Below the pieces are notes generated by a model that was given only the letters and a program-made list of their open reading frames with translations, searched no databases and had not been told where the DNA came from. A stretch of DNA of 64,000 nucleotides from Somniosus microcephalus (taxonomy: Eukaryota): positions 149,482,001-149,546,000 of the forward strand of contig CM126209.1 in NCBI GenBank assembly GCA_052327205.1, given 5' to 3'. This document shows positions 25,081 through 38,595 of the stretch, one piece after another. Position numbers and translations under genes: made by a program. The number at the start of each line of letters is the position of its first letter. The stretch's first letter is position 1.

Positions 25081-25536
25081 AGCTCCCCGTGCTTTTGCTT
25101 CTCCCCCTTACTGCCACGCTGCTCCTAGCATTCTACGGGGTAATGGCGGCGACCCGCGGCTTCGGCATGTCTCGCTTTCCTTCCCCCCCCCCCCGTTTAG
25201 TTTCTCTCCGCTGTCCTGTTCTCGAGCACCGACCGCGCCCTGTGCGCTCCACCCTCTCTCTCTTGTTTTCTTTTCCCGGCGACGCTGCGCGGCCCGATTT
25301 GTAGAGCCGCTCGATCGAGCTTGAGCCCGCCGCAGTCCGGAAGGGTCAGCGCGCTACCTGCTACCAGCACGATTCGCTGGAACCACAGTCTCTCCCGCAA
25401 TTCTCCAAACACCGATGGATTCTTTGGGCGGTTGCCCTTGGTCGACGCCTGTTGCTCAGACTACGACCTTCCAGGACCTTCCTTTCAGGCGAGATCCCCG
25501 TGAGATGATGCCACACTGCAGGTGAGTTCGAACTTA

Positions 25537-25546
25537 CTCGTCGCCA
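25537..25546 (-). promoter_or_regulatory. Primer binding site TGGCGACGAG, complementary to the tRNA-Ser(GCT) 3' end
   Basis: Lies 1 nt inside the 5' LTR; matches ...CUCGUCGCCA of vertebrate tRNA-Ser(GCT) as recalled. Confidence 0.8.
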
Positions 25547-25729
25547 CTGTAAATTCTGCGCCTCAATAATACACGGACTTCGGGAGAACAGTTTAACAGG
25601 TACTTTACTGAACACGAGGCAGCTTGAAACTGAAACTACAGAAGCCTGCTAGTGCCTTTTATACAGGGGTGGTCACTGCCGGTACTGCAGTCTAAGACCA
25701 GTTATTCCCTTAAAGGGACATACACAACA

Positions 25730-25985
25730 ATCCCCACCAACACCTGGGAATCCCTGGCCCAAGACCGCACAAAGTGGAGGAGAAGCATGCGGGAAGGCGC
25801 CGAACACCTCGTCTCTTCGCCGGGAGCAAGCGGAAGCCAAGTGCAAACAGCGGAGGGAGCGCACGTCAACCCAAGCACCCCACCTGTGACACAGACTGTA
25901 GGTCCCGCATTGGACTCATCAGTCACCTGATTTTTAGTGTGGAAGCAAATCATCCTTGGTTCTGAGGGACTGCCTAAGAGAAGAT
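25730..25985 (+). mobile_element. RTE-clade LINE 3' fragment, right part
   Basis: IPTNTWESLAQDRTKWRRSMREG, then a C..DCRSRIGLISH terminal zinc-finger remnant. Confidence 0.8.
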
Positions 25986-26288
25986 TAACAAGTTTTGATG
26001 TTTTATATTGAAATGTTTTTTTGCAAGAGATATTTAAAGAATTATTGCCTTCCTAAGAAGATGAAGACCTGAAGTAGCCATGTATACAGCAAAATAATGT
26101 TTGGATTAACACTAGTTTTTTGGTTTGTAATCTTGGCACAAATTGGGATTTCGGAATCTGACTGAATTTCCTGTGATCTAGAATCAGCAGCCTTGTAAAT
26201 GTTCCTACGAGTCATTATGTGCAAGTTGTGCATTAGCTTCACTTGGACCATAGAAGTTATATCACAGAAGGATGCCATTTGACCCAGA

Positions 26289-26433
26289 GGGGATCATTTT
26301 AACCTAGCTTGGCAGGTGGGAAACCCATGTGATTCATTACTTGAATGGAGAGTAAAACTGGGCGAGGTGTAAAATCAGCATTGCACCTGATCTTGTCAGG
26401 TTCCTGATGGACGGGTTGGGTTAAAATTGCCCC
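26289..26433. mobile_element. Short MITE with Harbinger-like TIRs inside a degenerate CR1 tail
   Basis: GGGGATCATTTTAACC ... GGTTAAAATTGCCCC imperfect inverted ends; TSD not clear. Confidence 0.5.
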
Positions 26434-26674
26434 ATTGTGTATGTGCTGGCTCTTTGCTGGAGCAGTCCAAAGCTAATGCCACTGCCCTGCTCATTCCCCA
26501 TAGTTGTTTATCTATTCTTACTTTAAAAAAAAATGCAATGGCCTCTGCCTCAAATATTCCATGATCTAACAACCCTGTGTCTTACTGACAATTTTAAATT
26601 GATGATTCCTCATCACTGATTCCCCAACCAATAGCAACTTGGATTAAATTTCCAATCCATCAACCTGGCCTTGT

Positions 26675-27270
26675 ACAACAACAACTTGCATTTATATAGC
26701 ACCTTTTAACATAGGAAAAGGTCCCAAGGTGCTTCACCATAGCATAATCAGACAAAAATTGACAGAGCCAAAGATATGACTAAACTCTTGGTTAAAGAGG
26801 TAGGTTTTATGGAGAGTCTTAAAGCAGGAGCGAAAGAGAGAGTGGTAGAGGTTTAGGGAGGAAGTTCCAGAGCTTTGGGTCTAAATGGTTGAAGGCACAG
26901 CTCCCGATGATGGAGAAGGGAGTGAGGGATGCACAGAGTTGAAGGAATGCAGAGTTCTTGAAAGGTTGTTGGGAGATTACAGATGGTGAGGGGAGAGGCC
27001 ATGGAGCGATTTGAACATAAGGATGAGAATTTTAAAACCCAGGTGTTGGTGGACCGGGAGCCAATGTTGATCAACGAGCACGGGAGTGATGGGGGAACGG
27101 GACTTGGTGCAAGTCGGGTTATGGGCAGCAGAGTTTTGGATCCGCTCAAGTTTATGGAGGGTGGAAGATGGGCCAGGAGACCATTGGAATAGTTGAGTTT
27201 GGAGGCAACAAAACCATGGATGAGGGATCCTGTAACGGATAAGCTGAGGCAGGGGTGGAGATGGGTGATT
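26675..27270 (-). mobile_element. L2 LINE 3' fragment
   Basis: (ACA)n-acttgcatttatatagcacc tail on +; degenerate ORF2 C-terminus on the minus strand. Confidence 0.7.
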
Positions 27271-29151
27271 TTACTGACAAGAATATTAATAATATAGACC
27301 AGAAGTATCTAAGCTGTTGTCTTTGGGGAAGCATAGATACATAGCAGGGAGACAAAGGCTCCACAGGTTTAAGTTCTGTTAATTTGCAGAATTAAATTGC
27401 TAACCGATTTTGGCGTTCTGATTTGGGACATCCACCAGATGAGTTACCAGTTCCAAAAATTGCCCTTGCCAGACCTCCAGGCCCATAAATATAAAGCCAG
27501 ACAAAGTGGCACATAAATATAAATACAAATGTCTCTGTTGCCTGGGCTGCATGTGACACAAGACTGCAGAGTGGACTCAATTGCTATGAACACTTTTCCT
27601 TTTATGGATTTGTGACTCCTGTAGATATTTTCTCGGGTACAGTGGTGTCAGTTGATCCCTTAAGTACTTTTTACTGCCCTGTGTCTACTTTGTACCATAG
27701 CAGGACACAGGAGTGTAACGATGAAACCATCGTGTGTTCCAGACCAGATTTCCTTGCCTTACACATGTGTACTCGTTCAATCTCTCTGAAGGCAGACTGA
27801 GTTAACACTAGGCAAGATGATGTTTGGTTTGATCTGTAAATTGTTTTATTCCACATTTGGTGAAATATACAAAATGCTGAATATGATGAGATTTAATCAG
27901 TATTACTTTTGTTCGTATACTATTACAAAAAATAGAACATGCCAGCATTTTGCTAAAAACATATCTAACACAACTCGCTTCCCAGTCCTTTCAGGTTTTT
28001 TTCAAAAAAAGGGGCAGGGAATCCTGAACTGTGACATTGTCCTTTTGAAATCTGGTGAAAAATTGGTTGCATTTTAACTATAACTGTTGCCAAACTGTTT
28101 GGGTGGGGGGGGGGGGAGAAAAGAAAATACAGAAATCCCTCTTTTTGGCAACAGGCATCCATGCAAATGATACAGAGACACTTCTATGATGCTAACCTGT
28201 TTTTACATCAACTGCCCCATGTGTTAAATATTTGCTAACAATTCAAATTCACTGTCTCCTCTGGTCCTTTTCCAGCTGCTTGAAACCTGCATTAAAAAGA
28301 CTTAAAACTCAGTAAATGTAAATCCTGCCACATCAAGCAGGAAACCATGGGTGTATAATATTTTGACTGGTGATGACATTTTACTGGGTGGATTTTTAAA
28401 AAAAAGTTCTGACGCTTTAATTTTCATGCTGCTTGATTATTTTGCCTTGAGGGCTATGGTTAGACTAGCCTCGTGGATCAATTACCTACCTTGTAAAATA
28501 TATTAACACTTAAATTGGAGACTACCTTTCATGGGTGGCAGGGCCAGTGCAGTTTTACTCATGGTAAATTTAGTCATCTTGCTGTTCATCATTAGAATTT
28601 GTACTGTGATTTGTCAGACCACCTATATACTACAGAAATATACAAACTAATATTCGTGCCATTCATGCATCTGGAAGTCATGCAAAATTTGCTGAGAAGC
28701 TCATGGTGGCGGGTCCTATCTTGAAATCATTTTATGAAAGCCATGTGAGGTCTTGCTTTTTTCCCATCATCAAAAACATTTGTAGTAATGTTGCATTTCA
28801 GAATAATCCCTAATGCACATCCTTGTTGTTTTGAGCTGCATTGTAGCTGGTTGGGTCAGCGATGAAGAACTTGGAATGTTTTATTTTAATAGGGTAGCCT
28901 TTTCACAGCTATATAAAAAGAAAAGTGGCGGTACTAGCAATCCCTGTAACTAGAATTCCTGAGTCACATACAATTATAAAGATGGCATGTTACTGCTCAA
29001 ATCTTCAGTTTTCTAATGAGTAAATAATGAGATATATGTGAATAATTACGCCTTGTTTTGCTTCACCGGAACATAACACTTGGCAGAGGAATTTATAAAT
29101 GGATGTCTTGCCAGCATGAGGTAATTGGTGAGGATCGGGTAGTTTGCTTTC

Positions 29152-32100
29152 TGATGCGCTATCAACAATACCAAAGACTACGAGATGGACTTAAATGAAG
29201 TAGGCTTTTATTGACTAAGAACTAGAGCATGCCTCTGCTAGTGAATCCATCCTAAGAGCTCTCGGGGGAAGGGTGGTGAGTCACCTTTATACCCGGGCTT
29301 AGGGGTGGAGCCAGGGGCTGAGACATGCCTGGACTTGTACAGGGTTAACAGTGGTTTACCACACAGGCATGTACAGGTTAACAGTGGTTTACCACATTCA
29401 CCCCTCGTTTAAAAAAAGAGTCCGGCGGGGTGAAGTGTTTCAAAAGGTCGTATACGAAAGTCTCTCCGGGGGTCTTGTCTGCCGTAATGATCTTCGTGGT
29501 GCCGGTTGCGGAGGTTCTTTGCCCGCGGCCGCTTCTCGCGTGGGACGGAGCACTGGCGTGTCGTCCTCTCGGGGTAGGGATGGCACCGGCATGTCGTCAG
29601 TTCGTGGTAGACACCCCGGTGGTGCATCGTGGGTAGTGGTGGTGGGTGGAGGTAGTGGATGGTGATCGATGGTGTTTCGGGTGGTACCTGAGGGTGCGAG
29701 GTCTCGAATTGAGACTGTGTCCTCCCGCCCGTCAGGATACGCCACGTAGACATACTGTGGGTTGGCGTGGAGGCGGTGAACCTTTTCGACCAGGGGGTCC
29801 ATCTTATGGCTCCTCACGTGTTTCCTGAGCAGGATGGGTCCCGGAGACGTCAGCCATGGCGGTAGTGATGTCCCCGAGGTGGATTTCCTGGGGAAGACGA
29901 ACATCTTCTCGTGAGGGGTGGCATTTGTGGCAGTACAGAGCAGTGATCGTATGGAATGGAGCGCATCGGGGAGGACATTTTGCCAGCGGAAGATTGGGAG
30001 GCCCTTGGATTTTAGGGCGAGCATGGCGGTCTTCCACACCGTTGCGTTCTCCCTCTCTACCTGTCCGTTACCCCGGGGGTTGTAGCTGGTAGTCCTGCTC
30101 GTGGCTATGCCCTTCTCGAGCAGGTACTGGCGCAGCTCGTCGCTCATGAATGACGAGCCCCTGTCGCTGTGGATGTAATTGGGGAAGCCAAATATGGCGA
30201 ACAGGTCGTGGAGGCACCTGATGACTGTGGCGCTGGTCATGTCCGGGCAGGGGATGGCGAAGGGGAAACGGGAGTACTCGTCAATAATATTGAGGAAGTA
30301 CGTGTTGCGGTCAGAGGAGGGAAGGGGCCCCTTGAAATCGACGCTGAGACGTTCGAAGGCTTTAATCAGGTGTGCCCTGTCTGGCCTATAAAAATGCGGT
30401 TTGCATTCGGCGCAGACCTGGCAGTTCCTGGTCATGGTCCTGACCTCCTCGATGGAGTAAGGCAGGTTGCGAGCTTTAATAAAGTGGAAGAACCTGGTGA
30501 CCCCTGGGTGGCAGAGATCATTGTGGAGGGTCCGTAGCCTATCGACTTGTGCGTTGGCACATGTCCCACAGGATAGGGCGTCTGGGGGCTCATTAAGTTT
30601 CCCGGGCCGGTATAAGATATCGTAGTTGTAGGTGGATAACTCGATCCTCCACCGCAATATCTTATCATTTTTGATTTTCCCCCTTTGTCTGTTGTTAAAC
30701 ATGAATGCTACTGACCGTTGGTCAGTGAGCAGGGTGAAATGTTTACCGGCCAGGTAATGTCTCCAGTGCCGTACAGCCTCCACTATCGCCTGGGCCTCCT
30801 TCTCGACTGAGGAGTGTCGAATTTCGGGGCCCTGGAGGGTCCGTGAAAAGAAGGCCACGGGTCTCCCCGCCTGGTTAAGGGTTGCGGCTAGGGCGAAGTC
30901 GGATGCATCGCTCTCCACTTGGAAAGGGATGGACTCATCCACTGCGTGCATTGTGGCCTTCGCAATGTCCTCTTTTATGAGGGTGAAGGCCGCACGGGCC
31001 TCTGCCGTCAGGGGGAAGGAGGTTGACTTGATGAGGGGCCGGGCTTTGTCCGCATAGTTTGGCACCCACTGGGCGTAGTAAGAGAAGAATCCTAGGCATC
31101 TCTTCAGGGCTTTTAGGCAGTGGGGGGGGGGGTAGTTCCAGGAGGGGGCACATTCGGTCGGGGTCGGGGCCGATGACTCCGTTTTCCACCACGCAGCCAA
31201 GAACAGCGAGGCGTGCGGTGCGGAACATACATTTTTCTCTGTTGTATGTCAGATTCAGCCGTTGGGCCGTACGGAGGAATTTTTCTAGGTTGGCGTCGTG
31301 GTCCTGCCGGTCATGGCCGCAGATGGTGACGTTGTCTAGATAGGGGAAGGTGGCCTGCAGCGCGTTCTGGTCAACCATCCGGTCCATCTCCCTTTGGAAG
31401 ACCGAGACCCCGTTGGTGACGCCGAAGGGGGCTCGGAGGAAGTGGTAGAGGCGACCGTCAGCCTCGAAGGCCGTGTACTGGCGGTCCTCAGGCCTGATGG
31501 GGAGCTGATGGTATGCCGACTTCAGATCAATCGTCGAGAATACCCGGTATTATGCTATCTGGTTGACCATGTCAGATATGCGGGGAAGTGGGTATGCGTC
31601 TAATTGCGTGGATCGATTGATCGTCTGGCTGTAATCAATAACCAGGCGCTGTTTTTCGCCGGTCTTTACTACCACCACTTGGGCTCGCCATGGGCTGGTG
31701 CTGCCCTCGATAATCCCTTCCCTCAGGAGTCTTTGTACTTCTGATTTAATAAAGCTCCTATCCCCGGCACTGTACCGCCTGCTTTTAGTAGCAATTGGCT
31801 TGCAGTCTTTGGCGAGGTTAGCGAACAACGGGGGGGGTTTGACCTTCAAGGTGGACAGGCTGCATACTTTGTGCGGCGCCATGTTTAAATTCTGCTGGCT
31901 GCAGACTGTAAGTGGGGGCAGGGGCCCGCCATATGCCATCGTGACGCTCTCCAGATGGCACTGGAAGTCTAATCCTAGCAGTACGGGAGCGCAGAGCTGT
32001 GGCAGGATGAGGAATTTAAACTCTCTGTACTCCACACCGTTCACTGTCAGAGTCGCTACACAGTAGCCGCCGACGTCCGCCGTATGGGCTTTGAGGCCAT

Positions 32101-33456
32101 AAAGACCTGGTGGCGTGTGCGCATAACCGATAGGGAGTAGCGTCGCACCGTGTCGGGGTGGATGAAGCTCTCCGTGCTTCCGCAGTCGAAAAGGCAATTT
32201 GTGGCATGGCCATTTACCTTTACGTTCATCATGGACCTGGCTAGTTGATGGGGCCTAGATTGGTCCAGGGTGATGGAGGCCATCGTCGAGGTCGGTGGGT
32301 CGCTGTAGTATTCGCCCGCACCGAGGGCCTGGTCCCGAGATGGTGTCCAAGATGGCGGCTCCCCCTCAGCTGGTGGGGTCCAAAATGGCGGCCTGTACGG
32401 TTCACACACGGCGCTGCTGGAATTGGGGGTCGATTTCACCTTGCACACTCTCGCGTAGTGGCCTTTCTTGCCGCATTTGGAGCAGGTCGCGTCCTTTGCT
32501 GGGCATTGCTGTCTGGGGTGCTTGGCCTGGCCGCAGAAGTAGCATTTCTGGCCTCTGGTCATTGCAGCTGTAGTTGGGCTACTGGCGGCTTGTGGCCTTA
32601 CCGGGTCCCAAGATGGCTGCTCCCGTGGCATCCACGTGGCCATCCGGTCAGGGGGGTAGGCGTCCATGTTCTGGAGGGCCACGTCTAACGAGTTAGCGAG
32701 GGCCACCGTCTTCTGCAGGTCGAGCCCCCTCTGTTCCAGCAGCCTCTGCCGAGTATAGTTGGACCTGATGCCGGCTACGTAGGCGTCTCGGATCAGGTCT
32801 TCCGTGCATTCCTTGGCCGTCACCGCTTTGCAATTACAGTCCCGGCCGAGGACTCTCAGTGTCAGTAAATATTCAGCGCCCGATTCCCCGGGGCGCTGTT
32901 TTCGGGTAGCCAGGAGGTGTCTGGCGTAGACCTCGTTAACGGGCCTCACGTATTGTTCCTTTAGCGTCGCGATGGCGGCCGCGTAAGTAGTGCCGTCTCA
33001 GATGATCGAGTAGACTCGGTGGCTCACCTGTGAGTTCAAGACAAGCCGTTTCGCGTCATCTGTAGTGACAGTAGTGCTGGAGGCCTCCAGGAAGGCTTCG
33101 AAACAGCTCAGCCAGTGTTCAAAGTTATTGGCTGCATCTGCTGCTTGAGGATCCAGGTCTAAACGTTCCGGCTTCAAGATTTGCTCCATGTTGAAAATTA
33201 GTCAATAAAATTGATGCGCTATCAACAATACCAAAGACTACGAGATGGACTTAAATGAAGTAGGCTTTTATTGACTAAGAACTAGAGCATGCCTCTGCTA
33301 GTGAATCCATCCTAAGAGCTCTCGGGGGAAGGGTGGTGAGTCACCTTTATACCCGGGCTTAGGGGTGGAGCCAGGGGCTGAGACATGCCTGGACTTGTAC
33401 AGGGTTAACAGTGGTTTACCACACAGGCATGTACAGGTTAACGGTGGTTTACCACA
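29152..33456 (-). mobile_element. Full-length Ty3/Gypsy copy C
   Basis: 245-bp LTRs at 29152-29396 and 33212-33456 with 1 mismatch; 5-bp TSD CTTTC; PPT GAGGGGTGAA abutting the 3' LTR. Confidence 0.97.
29440..33189 (-). pseudogene. gag-pol of copy C with premature stops and frameshifts
   Basis: MEQILKPERLDLDP start; CCHC knuckles; LFDCGS; YLDN; RNase H; HHCC + DDE integrase; stops at 32998 and 31550. Confidence 0.92.
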
Positions 33457-33497
33457 CTTTCTATCTCAAGTAACTTGACAACAGTTGCAAGAGACTT

Positions 33498-34749
33498 GCC
33501 GCGAAATTGGTCTCCGTAGCGCCTCTTTTTTGGCGCTACGGGTGCCGTATGGTGTCCGCACCATGCGTGCACTTCTGGTGCGTGCTGTGCCAGACAGCAT
33601 TTTGGTGAGGTCATTAGCATGGGTGTTGGGAGTGTGCGCCAGAAGTACGCAGAGTAGCCAGATCGTGACGTCAGTGTGTTCTGCTGATTTGGCGCCTGCA
33701 TTGCCATTTTCACCCTCCAACATTCCAGCTAATGCCCTCCCTTAAAGACACACAGCTGAATATGCATTCAACAGCAGGAAGGATGCCCTACCAGTGCTAT
33801 TTAAAGGGATCATCAACTGCTTTAGGTTAGTTGCTGAGTTTTTGGTGGTTTGATGTCTTAGTTGAAGTTGCTGAAGTCTCCAGGGAGTGGTGTAGCCGGT
33901 TACTTCAAGGCTTCTACTCAGACCAGTTGTTCCCAGACATGGGTGCAGTAGTTTGTATCCACCTTGTCCTGCAAGAGAGAGGGAAGTGTGTCAGTGCATG
34001 TGGTGCAATGTGTTTGGGTGATGTGCCTGATGGTTGAATAGCTGGCAGTGTGTGCACGATGTGGCTTGCAGCAGTGCTAAGTGTATAAGGGTGAGGTGAA
34101 GGTATGAGTCGTGATTGATGGAGATTGTTGGTAGGTGAGTGAAGGGAGGGTGGTGAATTGAGCAGTATCTGAGCCTAGTGGTTGAGTTGTAAGGACATGG
34201 CATTTGAAGATTAATTCACTGACCCATACCACTCTTGTGAGGTCATTAAATTTCTTACAGCACTGCATGCAGGTCCTCTGGGCTACACTGCTGGCATTGA
34301 CCATGACCGCTATCTGCTCCAATTTCCTTCTCGGTTTGTCTGGAGGACCCCCTGGCCCCCTATGGATAGAGGACACCTTTCTTCCTGTCCAGTGCCTGCA
34401 CCAAGGCCTCCATTGCTGAGTCAGAATCTTGAAAACCACTCTCTCCCCTGTTGTGCCTTTTTAGTACGTCGTCTTCCTGCTCAGAATGTCTTCCCCAGCA
34501 CCTGCTCCAGCCAGAATGCACTTCCCCTTGAAGAGGTGCAGGCTGGCTTTAAGTCGTGATCGCCTCGCATGAACTTGGGGCCCCTGCTGAGATGTACAGC
34601 CACACAGCGCAGTGAGCACTAGGCTGCACGCTACTATCATTGAAATTAGCAGGCAGCACGAAGTTTATGTCCTGCCTGCTTCGGAATCGACTGACGCGGT
34701 CTAAACGAGATATTTTCACCCGTTTTTGGGGGCTATCTAATTTAGCCCC
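33498..34749 (-). mobile_element. Harbinger-derived non-autonomous element with degenerate Myb/SANT exon
   Basis: 34077-34439 encodes EQIAVMVNASSVAQRTCMQCCKKFNDLTRV; TIR-like end taatttagcccc near 34749. Boundaries approximate. Confidence 0.6.
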
Positions 34750-34967
34750 CACTGATTGATTGATTGTTCGGAACAAAAAATACCAAAAACTTCGAAGCTG
34801 TACATCCACAGAGGAGGAATGTGTCCAGAGGAAACTGCTTGCTGCATGGTTACCAACATTACAGAGAGAGCAGACACAATCGGGACTCCGATTAGTGATC
34901 ACCTGGTCAAACATTTATTTGCAACAGTTTTTAAAGAGAAAGGAGAAATCACAGCCCATGGAACAAT

Positions 34968-35677
34968 GGGCTATATATTTTGTGGTCAGCGGTGAACAGA
35001 CGGCGCCATTCGTTTATTGCACTTGCCCATAGAATTTCTATGGGATTTTGCACTGGAACTTGCTGTAAATTAGAGAGCCAAAAAGTGCAACGCCCTCTAC
35101 AGAGCATCTGGGACCTGTGAACAGGCCAAGCAACTGTGTATCTCCTGAACCAATCAAATGGAAGAATCATTGATGAGCGGCGCAGAGTCTGAAATGGGAA
35201 GTGTCATTTAGAATATTTAATTCAATGTCACATTGGGTACAGAAAGCAAAATAAAAGAGGGAAAGACAGATTGGATTGCGAGAGATAATTAAATCTGATG
35301 GAATGAGACTCCACTTGTTAAAATTAATTTTCAGTTCCAGAGAGGTTGTTTGACAGTAATTAAGACTTATCACTGCCATTAAAAAAAAAAGTACTTACAC
35401 TGGCATAGACAAGCCCTAACTTTTTTGACAAGTTTTAGTGTGCATGTATCTGGTAAGTATATCAACCTCACGTCGTTCCATGTATTTTAATGATGAGTCT
35501 CTCCGTGAAATACTGTTAGCACGCAGCTTCTGGAGGAGCAGGGCAACCAAGATAGTAATTTCATGATTAACAAAATTTAACTGCACGTGTGCGGTCGCTG
35601 AAAGTTATTGTACGATTTACAAATTAATAACCGTAAGCGCTGTTAGCCTCACTGTTATTTAATGCAAAATCTGGCCC
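34968..35677. mobile_element. Putative MITE with AAT target duplication
   Basis: AAT-GGGCTATATATTTTG ... GCAAAATCTGGCCC-AAT; imperfect TIRs. Confidence 0.45.
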
Positions 35678-36659
35678 AATATTGACATTACATCAGGGAA
35701 ATATTAATTAAAAAATCCAGAAATACCAGTACAGCTTGAGTTCAGAGACAGCCTGTTGTGTGGGAATGCTGCTGTGGAGCATCTGCTCAATGAAGTGTAA
35801 CAGACCAAAACAACAGGTTGTGTAAAGGTGGACAAATGAGTACTTTAATGAATGATGTAACTCTGAGGACATTAGTAAACCATCGCTTTAATTAACCATT
35901 CAATTGCCAACAGGTATGTGGAAATTTCCTGTGTTCAGCTTGTTGACTGTCAAATTTAATGGGCCAAAAATTGCGGTTGGCATCGTACCTCCGGGGTACA
36001 CTGCCGACCTGCGAAAAGAATACACAACCGCCTGATGGTGGTCCTCCTGCGTAAACTTGTGCACTGACGCTGTGAGTAGGAGGGCAGCGTATTGGCCCAC
36101 GGATCCCAGGGGCACAGTCTGTGCGGAAGTGTACCTGGGATCACGTGGGCCTGGTCCTCCAATCAGAACACAGATTGTCTTTCTTTCATTTAAATTATTA
36201 CATTACTTCATTACTACAGCCTTTAAAATACATACAGATTTAGCTTTTATTGTGGGAATCCAATTCATTACTCAGAATTCCCACTTCTAAACAAATATGG
36301 TGCACTGTGCAGAAAGTTATGAAATTTAAACTTTATTTAAAAAAAAAAAAACCTGCAGCTTTAACATACACTAGGATTGCTTCTCATTAAAAGTTTTAAT
36401 AAAATTTTTTTTTCCTCATTTCGGGTATCCCCTTGTACCGATGCAGACAGGCCCTGTGTCTGTTCGCACCAGCCATAAAATTTCTGTAATCAATTGCTGG
36501 GCAAATAGCCCAACTCTGTGCCAGCAGAGAATTAGGTTTTCAGATGCAGAGCGAATGGCCTGTCAACTCGTACTACTTAAAGCTGGCCTGCGCCTCTTAA
36601 AGGGGAGGTTCATTATGACTGGTATAGGTGCTGGGAATCACTCTCCAAGTGAATCTGGA

Positions 36660-37470
36660 ATGGGAGAGTGTGGGCACCAAGGTATTTGGACACTACACTG
36701 GTGTCCTTGATTGAAGAGGTGGAACGGAGGAGAGATGTCATGTATCCTCTGGGGCAGGAGGCCCTCCAGGCACTTGATCAGAGGCAGTGACGAGAGATGG
36801 TTGCAAAGTCAGGAGTATAGCTCCAAGAACATGGATGCAGTGCAGAAAGAATTTAATGATCTCTCACGAGTGGTCAAGTTCAGTGATTTCACCTTTAAAT
36901 GCACCACTAGCCTCAGCCATTGCTTAATTCACCACATTCCCAACACTCTCACCTACTAACAATCTCTATCAATCAGTACTCATACCTAACATCCATATGC
37001 TTCACCTCACCCTCATGCTTAACACTGTTGCAAGTCTGAAACCCACATCTCTCAGCTTGCACACGCTGGCAGCTATTCAACCATGACAGCCACATCACCT
37101 AAACATATTGTACGACATTCACTGACACAGGAGCACAACCAGAGGCAGCAGGAACTTACCAGAGAGGGTGGGGAGGTGCATCTGCATGTTCTAACCTCCA
37201 TGGAGGAGATGGTGTTGGCCTTTATGGGAAGGACCACCGGCGGGGCTGAAGCCATTGAAGATGAGGTTATCCGCTTACCTAATCCTCCTTCTCTCATCCC
37301 ACTTCTCCCTCGGCTCACAATCTCTTATGACTTGCAAGCTGCTGATGGTGTAAGCATGCACTTCTTACTTTCTCCTCTCCCTTCACCACAACTGTACACT
37401 TGTCCCTTTTTCCTTTCAGATACCCAAGAACTGCAACCTGCCCAGTCAGTGGAGGAAGAGCAAAGACAGT
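36660..37470 (+). pseudogene. Harbinger Myb/SANT DNA-binding protein remnant (spliced)
   Basis: FNDLSRVVK exon end, HNQRQQELT..GG..LHVLTSMEEMVL second exon, ttcag acceptor near 37419. Confidence 0.6.
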
Positions 37471-38595
37471 GAAGGTGTAGACACACCATCACGCGATCTC
37501 ACCGTCTCAGCCACCAGCTGGGATATTGACACTGTGCATAATTTAGAGGATAGGATAGCGGTGGGATCTGCATGTGGTGAGACACTGGGCACAAGTGCAC
37601 TGTAGCCAGGAAAGGGGGAAAGGAGAGCCCAGCTGCCAGCTCACCGGAGGGAGAGGTTGCACACTAGTCCTGCTGCAGAGGACGCTGATGATGACTTCGA
37701 TGGGTCAGGCTACAGAAGAAGGCTGATGGGTGCACGCACCCAAATGCTTGGTGCAATGGGAAGTCTTCCAGAAGGCTTGGGCTCAATGTCGAGGAGCATA
37801 GAGGAGTCCGGCACTGACTTGGCACAGGGCTTTGCACAGAGCATGGAATGGTGGTCACATCCATCAGCACACTGGAACCCACCATCATGCAGCATCTGAT
37901 GGCTGATGTCTCGGCTTCCATTGCAGCACAAGCAGCACCCACCCAACGTCTGGGTGCCATAGTGGAAGCTGAGACTGGAGTCATGCAATCTCCGCTTGCT
38001 GCCATGGAAGCGCACACTGCTGGAAACCACTGTTCAAAGGAGCTTCCAGGGCATCACACCACTCTGGCAATCTGCTCTCCAACTGTATACTAGGAATTCT
38101 AAAGCACTACACTGGGAGAGTGGTAGTGGTTCTATTAAGTATGAACCTGCTGTCCCTTCAGAATGACAACATTTGTGCTGCCACTCCGCCAGTGCCCATG
38201 CTGTTGCCCGTTAGCCAGCCATCCCAGACTGCTACAGTCCAGGCCAATATGGTGCAGTCTGCAGCTGGGCCTTCTAGGCCCAGAGCTGCTCGGTCGTCCT
38301 CCAAGGCCATCTGCAGACCTCTCCACTGAGGTCAACAGCCTTCCACCAGCCATGCTGTAGCCACTAGGAAGCACATTGTAGGAACACTGGGGCATGCAAA
38401 GAGACACAGAAGCGATACTAAGGGAATGCACAAGGGTGATTTTTTTTTGTATGCACTATGGCATGATTTAATTTATAAATTTGGATTGGAATATATATTT
38501 TATGTTTGCATTGTGGGAAAGGGGCCGATGTGATGGTCAGAGACCGGGATGGTAAGGAGTGCGGGACTGTTGGTGAATGGGAATTGGGGTTGAAG

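Larger units (their letters stand above)
21437..25729 (-). mobile_element. Mag-like Ty3/Gypsy LTR retrotransposon nested in the RTE LINE
   Basis: 182-bp LTRs TG...CA at 21437-21618 and 25548-25729 (about 6 mismatches); 5-bp TSD ATCCC; PPT next to 21619; PBS 25537-25546. Confidence 0.95.
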
